This document shows, in pieces, positions 17,050 through 25,203 of a stretch of DNA of 36,271 bases. This DNA comes from Kofleriaceae bacterium (GTDB lineage Bacteria; Myxococcota_A; Polyangia; Haliangiales; Haliangiaceae). The position numbers were made by a program, and so were the translations under genes. Below the pieces are notes generated by a model that was given only the letters and a program-made list of their open reading frames with translations, was not told the origin of the DNA and did no database searches. Every line of letters starts with the position of its first letter. Position 1 is the first letter of the stretch. The stretch covers positions 1-36,271 of the forward strand of contig DASVMS010000944.1 in the NCBI GenBank assembly GCA_036384235.1. The letters run 5' to 3'.

Positions 17050-17982
17050 TTAGAGAGCACTGTCCACGAACGCGCGGCCTTGGCGATCCCAGACCCGGAG
17101 CGCTTCGGACACCACCCCCCCGGCGCCCAGCTCGTAGATCCGGTAGCGCGCGACCCGCTCCGGCTTGTTGTGAAAGTACGTCCCCGACGCGATCCCCCGC
17201 ACCGGCACCGGGCCCGACGGGCCGGGCAGCGCCTCGGTCATGTCGCGGTGCTCGTGGCCGTGGACGATCAGATCCGCGCCGGCCTCGGCGATCACGGCGG
17301 CGAACGCCGCGTGGTCGCGCAGCCCCCGGACCCGGCTCTCGGCGCGCTTGCCGGCCGGCGGGTGGTGAATCGCGACCACCCTCGCCTTGCCGGCGAGCCG
17401 CGGATCGCGGAGCACGGCCCCGAGGCGCGCGAGCTGGCCCGAACCCAGCCGGCCGTAGGCAGTGAACCACGGCGTCGCCCGGCTGGTCGAGGTCCCGATC
17501 AGCGCCAGGTGGCCGCGCACCCGGACGATCGGCCAGCGCAGCTCCTCGGGCCCCTCGTCAGGCCCCGCTTCGGCCGCCGTCCACGCCCAGCCCGGATCGC
17601 ACGCCGCGAACTCGGCGAACAGCTCGGCGAACAGCGGCACGCCCTCGGCGACGTACGCGTCGTGGTTGCCGGGGATCACCGTCACGCCGGCGGGCCCGAG
17701 CGCGAACCGATCGAACTTGCCGCGCGCGAACTCGAACTCCTGGCGCAGCGCCAGGTTGGTCACGTCGCCGGTGCACAGCACGTGATCGACCCCGCTGGCG
17801 TTGAGATCGCTCACCATGTCGTCGAACGCGTCGACGTGATAGTGCCGGCTGCGGTTCGACAGCAGGTTCATCGCGCCGATCCAGCGCTTGTTCGCCAGAT
17901 CGAGCCACCGCGCCCCGTCGTGCGACAGGAGGTGGAGATCGGAGAAGTGCGCCAGCCGCATCCCGGTGGCCATTCGTAGCAC
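17050..17982 (-). CDS. Calcineurin-like metallophosphoesterase
   Basis: Motifs HFSDLH, CTGDVTN, GNHD, AIHHPP and VHGHEH. The start may be one of the nearby downstream ATGs (MATGMRLAHF). Confidence 0.85.
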   Translation of the reverse strand: MLRMATGMRLAHFSDLHLLSHDGARWLDLANKRWIGAMNLLSNRSRHYHVDAFDDMVSDLNASGVDHVLCTGDVTNLALRQEFEFARGKFDRFALGPAGVTVIPGNHDAYVAEGVPLFAELFAEFAACDPGWAWTAAEAGPDEGPEELRWPIVRVRGHLALIGTSTSRATPWFTAYGRLGSGQLARLGAVLRDPRLAGKARVVAIHHPPAGKRAESRVRGLRDHAAFAAVIAEAGADLIVHGHEHRDMTEALPGPSGPVPVRGIASGTYFHNKPERVARYRIYELGAGGVVSEALRVWDRQGRAFVDSAL

Positions 17983-18086
17983 AAGCGTAGCGATCGTGAG
18001 CCGCGAGCGCCCGCGCGATCACGTGGATCTCCCTCGCTGCCACGGGTTGCCCGACGGCAGCCTCGATCCCACACCGCAAACCGGGC

Positions 18087-18896
18087 TCAGCGCGCGCCGG
18101 CCGCGCCCGCGCGGAGGAATCTCGCAGCTACCTCGGTGGCCTCGGCGCTCGCCGCCCGCTCGCTGTGCGGCGAATGGCCGGCGCCGGCGATGACGTGGAT
18201 CGTCGCCCCCGGCAGCGCGCGCCTCACGCGGTCGAGCTCGTCGGGCTCGGTCCTCGGATCGTCGCCGCCGTGCAGCACCAGCACCGGCACGGCGATCTCG
18301 CCGAAGCGATGGTCGTAGAAGTCGTCGTCGGGCGTCTCGGCGATGTCGAGCCACGCGCGGCCCCCGGCGTGGAGCACCGTGCGCCAGTAGTCGTCGCCGT
18401 GCTCGGCGGCGAGCCGGACGGTGACCCGCGGCTCGAAGCCGTCGGGGCGATCCAGCATCGTCAGGAAGAACTCGCGCGACCGCGGCTTCCTGCGATCGAC
18501 GTGCAGCGCCTCGAGGAGGATCCCGGTGACCCGCTCCGGCCGTCGCAGCGCCATGATCGCCGCGATCACCGCGCCGTCGCTGTGGCCCCAGATCGCGTAG
18601 CGATCGATGCCGAGCGCATCCAGCGTCGCCTCGTGCTCGACCGCCGCGGCCTGGTGGAACCGCGGCGGCAGCGCGTCGAGCCGGGGCGACTTGCCGTAGC
18701 CCGTGCGATCCGGGATCACGAACCGCCGCTCGGGCAGCGCCGCGATCTGGGCGTCGAACGGATAGAACTCGTAGCCCCAGCCGCCGTGCAGCACCAGCAG
18801 CGGCGCGCCGTCTCGCGGCCCGACGTCGCGCACCCACAGCTCGATCGGGCTGGTCCCCGGCAACATCGGCGATCCGGCGATCTGGACGTACGGCAC
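18087..18896 (-). CDS. Alpha/beta-fold hydrolase
   Basis: LVLHGGWG, the nucleophile elbow GHSDG, and a C-terminal GAGHSP histidine motif. GTG 18896 (VPYVQIAGS...) is preferred. Alternatives are ATG 18866 or the ORF start at 19001. Confidence 0.8.
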   Translation of the reverse strand: MPYVQIAGSPMLPGTSPIELWVRDVGPRDGAPLLVLHGGWGYEFYPFDAQIAALPERRFVIPDRTGYGKSPRLDALPPRFHQAAAVEHEATLDALGIDRYAIWGHSDGAVIAAIMALRRPERVTGILLEALHVDRRKPRSREFFLTMLDRPDGFEPRVTVRLAAEHGDDYWRTVLHAGGRAWLDIAETPDDDFYDHRFGEIAVPVLVLHGGDDPRTEPDELDRVRRALPGATIHVIAGAGHSPHSERAASAEATEVAARFLRAGAAGAR

Positions 18897-19023
18897 GCCC
18901 GATCGGTATCGCGCCCGCGCCGCGCTGTAAACGAGAGCCTCGACTGCAACACACGCCTGATGCTTCGCCGCCGTGCTGCATGACGTGCGCCGGTGGAGCA
19001 CGGCGGCGTGCTACGCTGACGTC

Positions 19024-19623
19024 GTGAAGGTCGCGTTGCATCTGCCTCGTCGGGCCACGTATGCGGACTACCTCGCCACGGAACAAACCAGCGAGAGCCG
19101 GCACGAATTCATCGACGGCGTGATCGTCGCGATGGCCGGCGGGTCCGATGAGCACAATGCGATCGCGTCCCGCTTCAACGGCTTGTTCATGACGCGCCTG
19201 TCTCGCGGATGCCTCAGCTACACGCCCGATCAGCGATTCTGGATCGAGGCGACCGCGCGCGGCCGCTACAGCGATGGCTCGATCATCTGCGGCAAGCCGG
19301 CGCATCCCTCGCACGACCATCAGGCGACCACGAATCCTGCCGTGGTGGTCGAGGTGCTGTCCCGCACCAGCGAGGGTGACGACGAGGGCAACAAGCGCCG
19401 GGACTTCCAGTCGCTCGCGTCGCTCGAGGCCTACGTGATCGCAGCACAGGATGCGCGATGCGTGAAGGTCTACCGCCGCACCGAGCGTGGCGCGTGGACC
19501 GACGAACCAGACGTCTATCGCGCTGGCGACCGCTTCGAGTTGCCGAAGCTTTCGCGCGCGATCGCGGTCGATGACGTTTACGACGACATCCTCGATGCGG
19601 CCGGTCGGTCGCTGTTGCGCTGA
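19024..19623 (+). CDS. Uma2-family (DUF820) PD-(D/E)xK putative endonuclease
   Basis: EFIDGVIVAMAGGSDEHNAI ... PDQRFWI ... NPAVVVEVLSRTSEGDDEGNKRRDFQSL..EAYV fits the Uma2 pattern. GTG 19024 was chosen. Confidence 0.8.
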   Translation: MKVALHLPRRATYADYLATEQTSESRHEFIDGVIVAMAGGSDEHNAIASRFNGLFMTRLSRGCLSYTPDQRFWIEATARGRYSDGSIICGKPAHPSHDHQATTNPAVVVEVLSRTSEGDDEGNKRRDFQSLASLEAYVIAAQDARCVKVYRRTERGAWTDEPDVYRAGDRFELPKLSRAIAVDDVYDDILDAAGRSLLR

Positions 19624-19710
19624 CCCGCCGCTCGCTGTCTGAGCCGCCCGCTGGCGGCGGTGTGCGCCCGTGCACCGTCGGAACGCCTCACGTACGCGGC
19701 GTCTCCCAGA

Positions 19711-21356
19711 GTCTTCGAGACACGGGGCTGAACGCTACGCTTGACCATGAGTCGCACTCCGTTGCTGCGAAGTCTTCGCCAGCTCGCGCGAGACGCGCGG
19801 ATCTCCCGGCAGACCGGCATCCCCGTCGACGAGCTCGACGACATGCGCGCCGCACACCGGATCTCGCGCCGCGACCTGCTCACCGGCGCCGCCGCGGGGA
19901 TGGCCGTCCTCGCGCTGCCCAAGCGGGTGCGCGCCAAGGCACAGCCGAAGGTCGTCATCGTCGGCGGCGGCATCGCCGGCGTGACCTGTGCGCTGACGCT
20001 CCGCGACCACGGCGTTGCATCGACCGTGTACGAGGCGTCCGGCCGGATCGGCGGCCGTATGTTCTCGAACCACAGCGGCTACTGGGCGGGAAGCCAGGTC
20101 AGCGAGTGGTGCGGCGAGCTGATCGACACCGGGCACCAGACGATCCGCCACCTCGCCGCGCGCTACGGCCTGCCGCTCGACGATCTCCACGCCGCGGAGC
20201 CCGGGAAGTCCGAGGAGGTCTACCGGTTCGGCGGCCAGTACTATCCCAGGGCCAAGGCCTCGGTAGACTTCCTTGCGATGTCCGATGTGGTCGCGGCCGA
20301 TGCCAACGCCGCGCCGTTTCCGACGCTGTACAACTCGTTCACCGCCGCCGGCGTCGCGCTCGATCACATGAGCGTGTACGACTGGATCGAGTGGCGCGTG
20401 CCGGGCGGGCACGGCTCGCCGCTCGGCCAGCTGCTCGATGTCGCGTACACCATCGAGTACGGCGCGGACTCGTGCGTCCAGTCGTCGCTCAACCTGGTCT
20501 ACCTGCTCGGCGCCCAGCCGACGATGACGCGGCTCGACCTGTTCGGCGAGTCCGACGAGCGGTTCCACATCCGCGGCGGCAACCAGCGGCTGCCCCAGGC
20601 GATCGCCCACGATCTCGGCGGCGAGGTCGTCAGGACCGGTCATCGCCTCGTGCGGCTCGCCCAGACGCCCCACGGCCGCTACACGTGCACGTTCGAGCGC
20701 GGCAGCGGCTGCATCGAGGTCACCGCGGACCTCGTCGTGCTCGCGATCCCGTTCGCCGTGCTCGCCGACGTCGACACCTCCCAGGCCGGATTCGACGAGC
20801 TCAAGAACACCGCGATCGCCGAGCTCGGCCGCGGCCACAACGGCAAGCTCCACCTCCAGTTCGAGCGCCGCGGCTGGCGCGGCACCGGCCCGTGGCCCGG
20901 CACCTCGAACGGCTCGTCGTACTCCGACACCGGCTACCAGGCGACCTGGGAGGTCACGCGCGCGCAGCCGGGCACGCCCGGCATCCTCGTCGAGTACTCG
21001 GGCGGCGGCGTCACCGACGGCATGCGCACCACGTCACCGTTTGCGACCGCGAGCGATCCCGAGGTGCAAGACGACGTCTCGCGCGGGCTCCGCCAGCTCG
21101 CCCCGGTCTATCCAGGACTCACCTGGAACGGCAAGGCGACGCAGTCGCTGCCGCACAAATCGCCGTTCTTCAACACCTCGTACTCGTACTGGAAGGTCGG
21201 CCAGTACACCTGGTTTGCGGGCTACGAGGGCGTCGCGCTCGGCGGCGTGCACTTCTGCGGCGAGCACACCTCGACCGACTTCCAGGGCTTCATGGAGGGC
21301 GGCGCCTCGACCGGCGAGCAGACCGCGAAGGATCTGGTCAAGCTCCTCAAGTAGCG
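19711..21356 (+). repeat. Direct segmental duplication, copy A (amine oxidase gene plus about 30 nt of leader)
   Basis: Similarity to 22853..24504 starts at gtcttcgag/gtctttgag and ends just after the stop (aagtagcg). The encoded proteins are roughly 88% identical by eye. Confidence 0.8.
19741..21354 (+). CDS. Flavin-containing amine oxidase (FAD) with a twin-arginine signal, paralog A
   Basis: VVIVGGGIAGVTCAL...YEASGRIGGRM (the FAD dinucleotide fold of amine oxidases). Tat motif ISRRDLLTGAAAGMAVLALP. C-terminal FCGEHTS...GFMEGG. An alternative start is ATG 19843. Confidence 0.85.
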   Translation: MTMSRTPLLRSLRQLARDARISRQTGIPVDELDDMRAAHRISRRDLLTGAAAGMAVLALPKRVRAKAQPKVVIVGGGIAGVTCALTLRDHGVASTVYEASGRIGGRMFSNHSGYWAGSQVSEWCGELIDTGHQTIRHLAARYGLPLDDLHAAEPGKSEEVYRFGGQYYPRAKASVDFLAMSDVVAADANAAPFPTLYNSFTAAGVALDHMSVYDWIEWRVPGGHGSPLGQLLDVAYTIEYGADSCVQSSLNLVYLLGAQPTMTRLDLFGESDERFHIRGGNQRLPQAIAHDLGGEVVRTGHRLVRLAQTPHGRYTCTFERGSGCIEVTADLVVLAIPFAVLADVDTSQAGFDELKNTAIAELGRGHNGKLHLQFERRGWRGTGPWPGTSNGSSYSDTGYQATWEVTRAQPGTPGILVEYSGGGVTDGMRTTSPFATASDPEVQDDVSRGLRQLAPVYPGLTWNGKATQSLPHKSPFFNTSYSYWKVGQYTWFAGYEGVALGGVHFCGEHTSTDFQGFMEGGASTGEQTAKDLVKLLK

Positions 21357-21383
21357 CATCTCGAGGACGATGGCCGCTGATAC

Positions 21384-21566
21384 TCAGGTCGCCGCCCGGT
21401 CGTCTCCGACGGGCTTGAAGTCCGCCTTCTCGTTCACCGCGCAGTCGGGGCAGCACCACGCCTGGGGGATCTGCGCCCAGAGCGTTCCGGGCGCGAAGCC
21501 CTGGTGCGCATCGCCGCGGGCCTCGTCGTAGACGTAGCCGCAGCCGGGGCAGCGATAGCGCATCAT
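21384..21566 (-). CDS. rubA: Rubredoxin
   Basis: The CPGCG ... CCPDC iron-binding pairs and a WxxIPxxWxCPxC-type pattern. The protein is 60 aa. Its ATG overlaps the alkB TGA (ATGA). Confidence 0.9.
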   Translation of the reverse strand: MMRYRCPGCGYVYDEARGDAHQGFAPGTLWAQIPQAWCCPDCAVNEKADFKPVGDDRAAT

Positions 21567-22756
21567 GGCAGCGCCGGCCTCGCGGCTGCCATGGCTTCGT
21601 AGTCCGCGCGCCGCTTCGCGCTCAGCGCCGGATCGACGTTGATCTTCGCCAGATCACCGCGGGCCCACGCGATCACCCAGTGATCCATGACGCGGCGCCA
21701 GACCCACGGGACACACGACAGCGCGAACATCGCCGGATAGCCGCCTGGCAAGGTAGGCAGTCCGTCGAAGTTGCGCAGGCTCTGGTAGCGGCGCGTCGGG
21801 TTGGCGTGATGGTCCGAGTGGCGCTGCAGGTGGAACAGGATCACGTTGGTGGCGACGTGGTTCGTGTTCCAGGAATGCTCGGGCCGGACGCGCTCGTAGC
21901 GCCCGTCGGCGGCCCGCTGGCGCAGCAGCCCGTAGTGCTCGATGAAGTTGGCGGACGTCAGCTGCCACCAGCCGAACGCCGCCTGCAGCGGCAGGAAGAC
22001 CAGCATGATCGGTCCGAACACGGCGAGCATCGCCGCGTACAGCGGCACGGTGATGCAGAGCGGCTGCAGCACCTCGTTGTCCAGCGACCAGGCGCGCTTA
22101 CCCCGGCGGGCCAGGCGCTCGGCCTCCGACCGCCACGCACGCCGGCACGCACCCGGCAGCTCGCGCAGCGCGAACGCATAGACGTTCTCACCGAGCCGCG
22201 CGCTCGCCGGGTCTTCCGGAGTCGCGACGTCGCGGTGATGGCCGCGATTGTGCTCGACAAAGAAGTGGCCGTAGCCGACCACCGCGAGCACGATCTTGGC
22301 GAGCCAGCGCTCGAGCGCCGGTTTCTTGTGGCCGAGCTCGTGGCCCGTGTTGATCGCGAGCCCGCTGATCAGCCCGACCGACAGCGTGAGGCCGACGAAG
22401 CTCGCGACGCTCACTGGCTGCGTCGCCACGTACCACGCCGCCACGATGAGGACGGCGTAGTGCACCGGGACCGTGAGGTAGGTCAAGATCCGGTAATAGG
22501 ACTCTTGCTCCAGGCGCGGGACCGCGGACTCCGGAGGATTGTTCGAATCCGAGCCGATCAGGAGATCGGCCACCGTCAAGACGACATACCAGACCACCAG
22601 CGTCAGCCAGTTCCACGCACCGACGCCCGTGGCATAGGCGAGCCCGATGCCCATCACCGGCATGGAGAGCCAGACCGGCGACAGCGCCCACGCCCAGCGC
22701 TTGCGATCGACGTAACGCTCCTGCGCCGCTTCAGCGGTGACGGACTGACCGACCAT
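21563..22756 (-). CDS. alkB: Alkane 1-monooxygenase (integral-membrane di-iron AlkB)
   Basis: His boxes HELGHK, EHNRGHH and LQRHSDHH, plus the NFIEHYGL motif. It is followed by a coupled rubredoxin gene. Confidence 0.9.
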   Translation of the reverse strand: MVGQSVTAEAAQERYVDRKRWAWALSPVWLSMPVMGIGLAYATGVGAWNWLTLVVWYVVLTVADLLIGSDSNNPPESAVPRLEQESYYRILTYLTVPVHYAVLIVAAWYVATQPVSVASFVGLTLSVGLISGLAINTGHELGHKKPALERWLAKIVLAVVGYGHFFVEHNRGHHRDVATPEDPASARLGENVYAFALRELPGACRRAWRSEAERLARRGKRAWSLDNEVLQPLCITVPLYAAMLAVFGPIMLVFLPLQAAFGWWQLTSANFIEHYGLLRQRAADGRYERVRPEHSWNTNHVATNVILFHLQRHSDHHANPTRRYQSLRNFDGLPTLPGGYPAMFALSCVPWVWRRVMDHWVIAWARGDLAKINVDPALSAKRRADYEAMAAARPALP

Positions 22757-22852
22757 CCACGGAATCTAAGTCAACCCGCACGACTTTACCAGGCGATCTG
22801 TGCGGGTGCGTTCTGGCATAGAACGGAACTCTCACGCTGCCGCACCGCCGAA

Positions 22853-24504
22853 AGTCTTTGAGCCCCGCAGCCCGGACGCTACGCTTCGAGCTCCATGGGC
22901 CGTACTCCTCTGTTACGAAGCCTTCGCCAGCTCGCGCGAGATGCGCGGATCTCCAGGCAAACCGGCATCCCCGTCGACGAGCTCGACGACATGCGCGCCG
23001 CGCGCCGGATCTCGCGCCGCGGCCTGCTCGCCGGCGCCGCCGCGGGCGCCGCCTTCCTCGCGCTGCCCAAACGAGTGCGCGCCGCGGAACAGCCGAAGAT
23101 CGTCATCGTCGGCGGCGGCATCGCCGGCGTGACCTGTGCGCTGACCCTCCGCGACCACGGCTTCGCGTCGACGGTGTACGAGGCATCCGGCCGGATCGGC
23201 GGCCGCATGTTCTCGAACAACAGCGGTTACTGGGCGGGAAGCCAGGTCAGCGAGTGGTGCGGCGAGCTGATCGATACCGGGCACCAGACGATCCGGAACC
23301 TCGCCGCGCGATTCGGCCTGCCGCTCGACGATCTCCACGCCGCGGAGCCCAAGCAGTCCGAGGAGGTCTATCAGTTCGGCGGCCAGTACTACCCCAAGGC
23401 GCAAGCCACCGCCGACTTCCTCGCGATGTTCGACGCGCTGCAGGCCGACGTCGACGCCGCGCCATTCCCGACCCTGTTCGACTCGTTCACCGCGGCCGGC
23501 TTCGCGCTCGATCACATGAGCGTCTTCGACTGGATCGAGTCGCGTGTGCCGGGCGGGCACACCTCGCCGCTCGGCCAGCTGCTCGACGTCGCGTACAACA
23601 TCGAGTACGGCGCCGAGTCGCGCGTCCAGTCGTCGCTCAACCTGGTCTACCTGCTCGGCTTCCAGCCGACGGCGAGCCAGCTCGATCTGTTCGGCGAGTC
23701 CGACGAGCGGTTCCACATCCGGGGCGGCAACCAGCAGCTGCCGCTGGCGATCGCCGACGATCTCGGCGCCGACGTCGTCAAGACCGGCCATCGCCTCGTG
23801 CGGCTCGCCCAGACGCCGCACGGCCGCTACACGTGCACGTTCGAGCGCGCCAGCGGCAGCGTCGAGGTCACGGCGGACTTCGTCGTGCTCGCGATCCCGT
23901 TCGCCGTGCTCGCCGATGTCGATACCTCCCAGGCCGGCTTCGACGATCTCAAGAACACCGCGATCGCCGAGCTCGGCCGCGGCCACAACGGCAAGCTCCA
24001 CCTCCAGTTCGAGCAGCGCGGCTGGCGAGGCACCGGCCCGTGGCCCGGCAGCTCGAACGGCTCGTCGTACTCCGACACCGGCTACCAGGCGACCTGGGAG
24101 GTCACGCGCGCCCAGCCGGGCACGCCCGGCATCCTCGTCGAGTACTCGGGCGGCGGCGTCACCGACGGCATGCGCACCGCCTCGCCGTTTGCGACCGCGA
24201 GCGATCCCAAGGTGCAGGAGGACGTGGCGCGCGGGCTCGCCCAGCTGGCGCCGGTATATCCGGGGCTCACCTGGAACGGCAAGGCGACGCAGTCGCTGCC
24301 GCACAAGTCGCCGTTCTTCAACAACTCGTACTCGTACTGGAAGGTCGGCCAGTACACCCAGTTCTCGGGCTACGAGGGCGCCCCGCTCGGCGGCGTGTAC
24401 TTCTGCGGCGAGCACACCTCGACCGACTTCCAGGGCTTCATGGAGGGCGGCGCGAGCACCGGCAAGCAGACCGCGAAGGACCTGATCAAGATCCTCAAGT
24501 AGCG
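22853..24504 (+). repeat. Direct segmental duplication, copy B
   Basis: See copy A (19711..21356). Confidence 0.8.
22895..24502 (+). CDS. Flavin-containing amine oxidase (FAD) with a twin-arginine signal, paralog B
   Basis: Same motifs as paralog A (IVIVGGGIAGVTCAL, ISRRGLLAGAAAGAAFLALP, FCGEHTS). Confidence 0.85.
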   Translation: MGRTPLLRSLRQLARDARISRQTGIPVDELDDMRAARRISRRGLLAGAAAGAAFLALPKRVRAAEQPKIVIVGGGIAGVTCALTLRDHGFASTVYEASGRIGGRMFSNNSGYWAGSQVSEWCGELIDTGHQTIRNLAARFGLPLDDLHAAEPKQSEEVYQFGGQYYPKAQATADFLAMFDALQADVDAAPFPTLFDSFTAAGFALDHMSVFDWIESRVPGGHTSPLGQLLDVAYNIEYGAESRVQSSLNLVYLLGFQPTASQLDLFGESDERFHIRGGNQQLPLAIADDLGADVVKTGHRLVRLAQTPHGRYTCTFERASGSVEVTADFVVLAIPFAVLADVDTSQAGFDDLKNTAIAELGRGHNGKLHLQFEQRGWRGTGPWPGSSNGSSYSDTGYQATWEVTRAQPGTPGILVEYSGGGVTDGMRTASPFATASDPKVQEDVARGLAQLAPVYPGLTWNGKATQSLPHKSPFFNNSYSYWKVGQYTQFSGYEGAPLGGVYFCGEHTSTDFQGFMEGGASTGKQTAKDLIKILK

Positions 24505-24609
24505 GCTTGTCGTCCAGCCCGCGAACGCTCGGCGGACCTCGGGTCCACCCTCCCCAGCTACGGCTCTACGGGTAGCTCGTGTGGGGGGATCAGGATCCGG
24601 AATACTTGA

Positions 24610-25203
24610 CTACCCCGGCCGATCGAGGTCCCGGTCTCCCAGCCACTTCGTCTGCAAAGCCAGCGCCTCGCCAGTCGCGGTGCGGAGGATGAGATCGGGT
24701 TCGCCGTCGCACGCGATCGTCTCGAGTTCGAACGCGCACCAGGCCGGGAACGACGACGTCAGGTGGATCGGCAGGACCCGCAACGCGTGATCCAGGATCT
24801 CGCCGTCGTCGACGAGCACGACGATCGGCGCCTGGCAGGGGCGCGTCGACAGCGCCTCGGCGAGGTAACGACCGACCGCACCGCTGTTGAGGCTCGCGTC
24901 GTTGCGCTCGGTGATCTGCAGCCAACCCGCGACGTCTCGGTACGACGCGCGCAGCGAGCTGAAGAGATCGAACACACGCTTGCGGTTGAGCCGTCCGATG
25001 TCGAAGTACGGGACTGGGCGAAGATCGAACACCCACGACGGCTGCACGCGCGACAGGATCGTCTCGAACCCTACATCAGACACGGAAGACATATCGACGA
25101 ACCCCAACAAGGTCCCCTCGCCGTCTGAACGGGCTGGCTCGGCAAGCTGCTGCGCTGGTCCATCGACCAGGCGAAGGTACGGAACTTGGCTGCTACGCGA
25201 CAT
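24610..25203 (-). CDS. Uncharacterised 197-aa protein, translationally coupled to the deaminase fusion gene
   Basis: The ATG at 25203 lies 8 nt upstream of the deaminase TAG (25195-25193), giving an 11-nt overlap. The longer ORF start at 25281 would overlap by 89 nt and was not preferred. I could not assign a family with confidence. There is only a loose by-eye resemblance to the DUF488-type layout. Confidence 0.6.
   Translation of the reverse strand: MSRSSQVPYLRLVDGPAQQLAEPARSDGEGTLLGFVDMSSVSDVGFETILSRVQPSWVFDLRPVPYFDIGRLNRKRVFDLFSSLRASYRDVAGWLQITERNDASLNSGAVGRYLAEALSTRPCQAPIVVLVDDGEILDHALRVLPIHLTSSFPAWCAFELETIACDGEPDLILRTATGEALALQTKWLGDRDLDRPG

Noticed and set aside
22775-22806. Inverted repeat CCCGCAC-(18 nt)-GTGCGGG in the alkB / oxidase-B divergent promoter region
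   Set aside because: A 7-bp stem with a long loop in GC-rich DNA is likely to occur by chance. No second copy lies upstream of oxidase A, so I do not claim it as an operator.
24503-24609. Possible bidirectional terminator between oxidase B and the partner gene (AGCTAC-(10 nt)-GTAGCT)
   Set aside because: The stem is only 6 bp, cannot be extended and has no T-tract, so it is too weak to call.
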